Shown piece after piece: positions 63,581 through 64,000 of a stretch of DNA of 64,000 nt (positions within the stretch are counted from its first letter, which is position 1; every line of letters starts with the position of its first letter). The position numbers were made by a program, and so were the translations under genes. The notes under the pieces are model-generated. The model did not search any database, was not told the origin of the DNA, and worked only from the letters and a program-made list of their open reading frames with translations. This DNA is from Balanoglossus misakiensis (Eukaryota; Animalia; Hemichordata): contig CM082585.2 in NCBI GenBank assembly GCA_040954595.2, positions 3,006,902-3,070,901 of the forward strand. The letters run 5' to 3'.

Positions 63581-64000
63581 TAGATATTCGTACCCAATCA
63601 AAATATTATTTTGTCGATTTCATAAGCATTTAGGAACATACAGCGGAACATATATAAGTGCATGGATATCTAAACAAACAAGAGCTATCATTGTTAAGGT
63701 AATACATTAATACATGCCTCGGGACAGATTTTCAAAAAGTGTCATGAGAGAATGAAGTATTGCATACATATGTATAACGTAAGGCTCTAATTCCTATTAT
63801 CAATTATGCTTTGATGGTTACTGTAATGTTTCTGAGAGCGTAAAACAGTTCAATGTACAGCAGTCCTATCTTCATTGCTATTGCGTTCGAACCTGTCTAT
63901 ATGCATAGTGGCCAAGCAAGAGACGTTCCTAAGCTGGCCTATATACCCGGTTGACAGATGGCCTTTATATACAGGTCAATTACACAGGAACTACAACAAG

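Overview
AT-rich eukaryotic (animal) genomic DNA with spliceosomal GT-AG introns and dense, nested transposons. The repeat and gene content suggests a marine invertebrate, possibly an ambulacrarian such as an acorn worm; this is inference. Host genes: (1) a two-exon secretin/adhesion-class GPCR with a mucin-like stalk and somatomedin-B motif (15425-19040), broken by one frameshift; (2) an orphan hydroxyacid-oxidase-like exon; (3) a four-coding-exon, TM-less iodothyronine-deiodinase-like selenoprotein (41197-44054) with an in-frame UGA at the catalytic position and a type II SECIS at 44997-45062, which the ORF track splits into unrelated pieces; (4) the 5' part of a multi-exon receptor tyrosine kinase-like gene (49808 onward) whose kinase N-lobe lacks the Gly-rich loop. 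Mobile elements: an IS3EU-like element with a 6-bp TSD carrying an L2/CR1-group LINE; Kolobok-, Harbinger-, P- and Academ-like MITEs; Helentron-type non-autonomous elements; Crypton-like hairpin elements; a restriction-like-endonuclease retrotransposon embedded in (CATA)n next to a 1.6-kb array; an intron-containing piggyBac interrupted by a full-length RTE-X-like LINE (2A peptide in ORF1, AUG-less ORF2 in frame behind a single UAG); a decayed Gypsy; and a DIRS/Ngaro RT fragment. All calls come from reading the sequence; no database searches were run.
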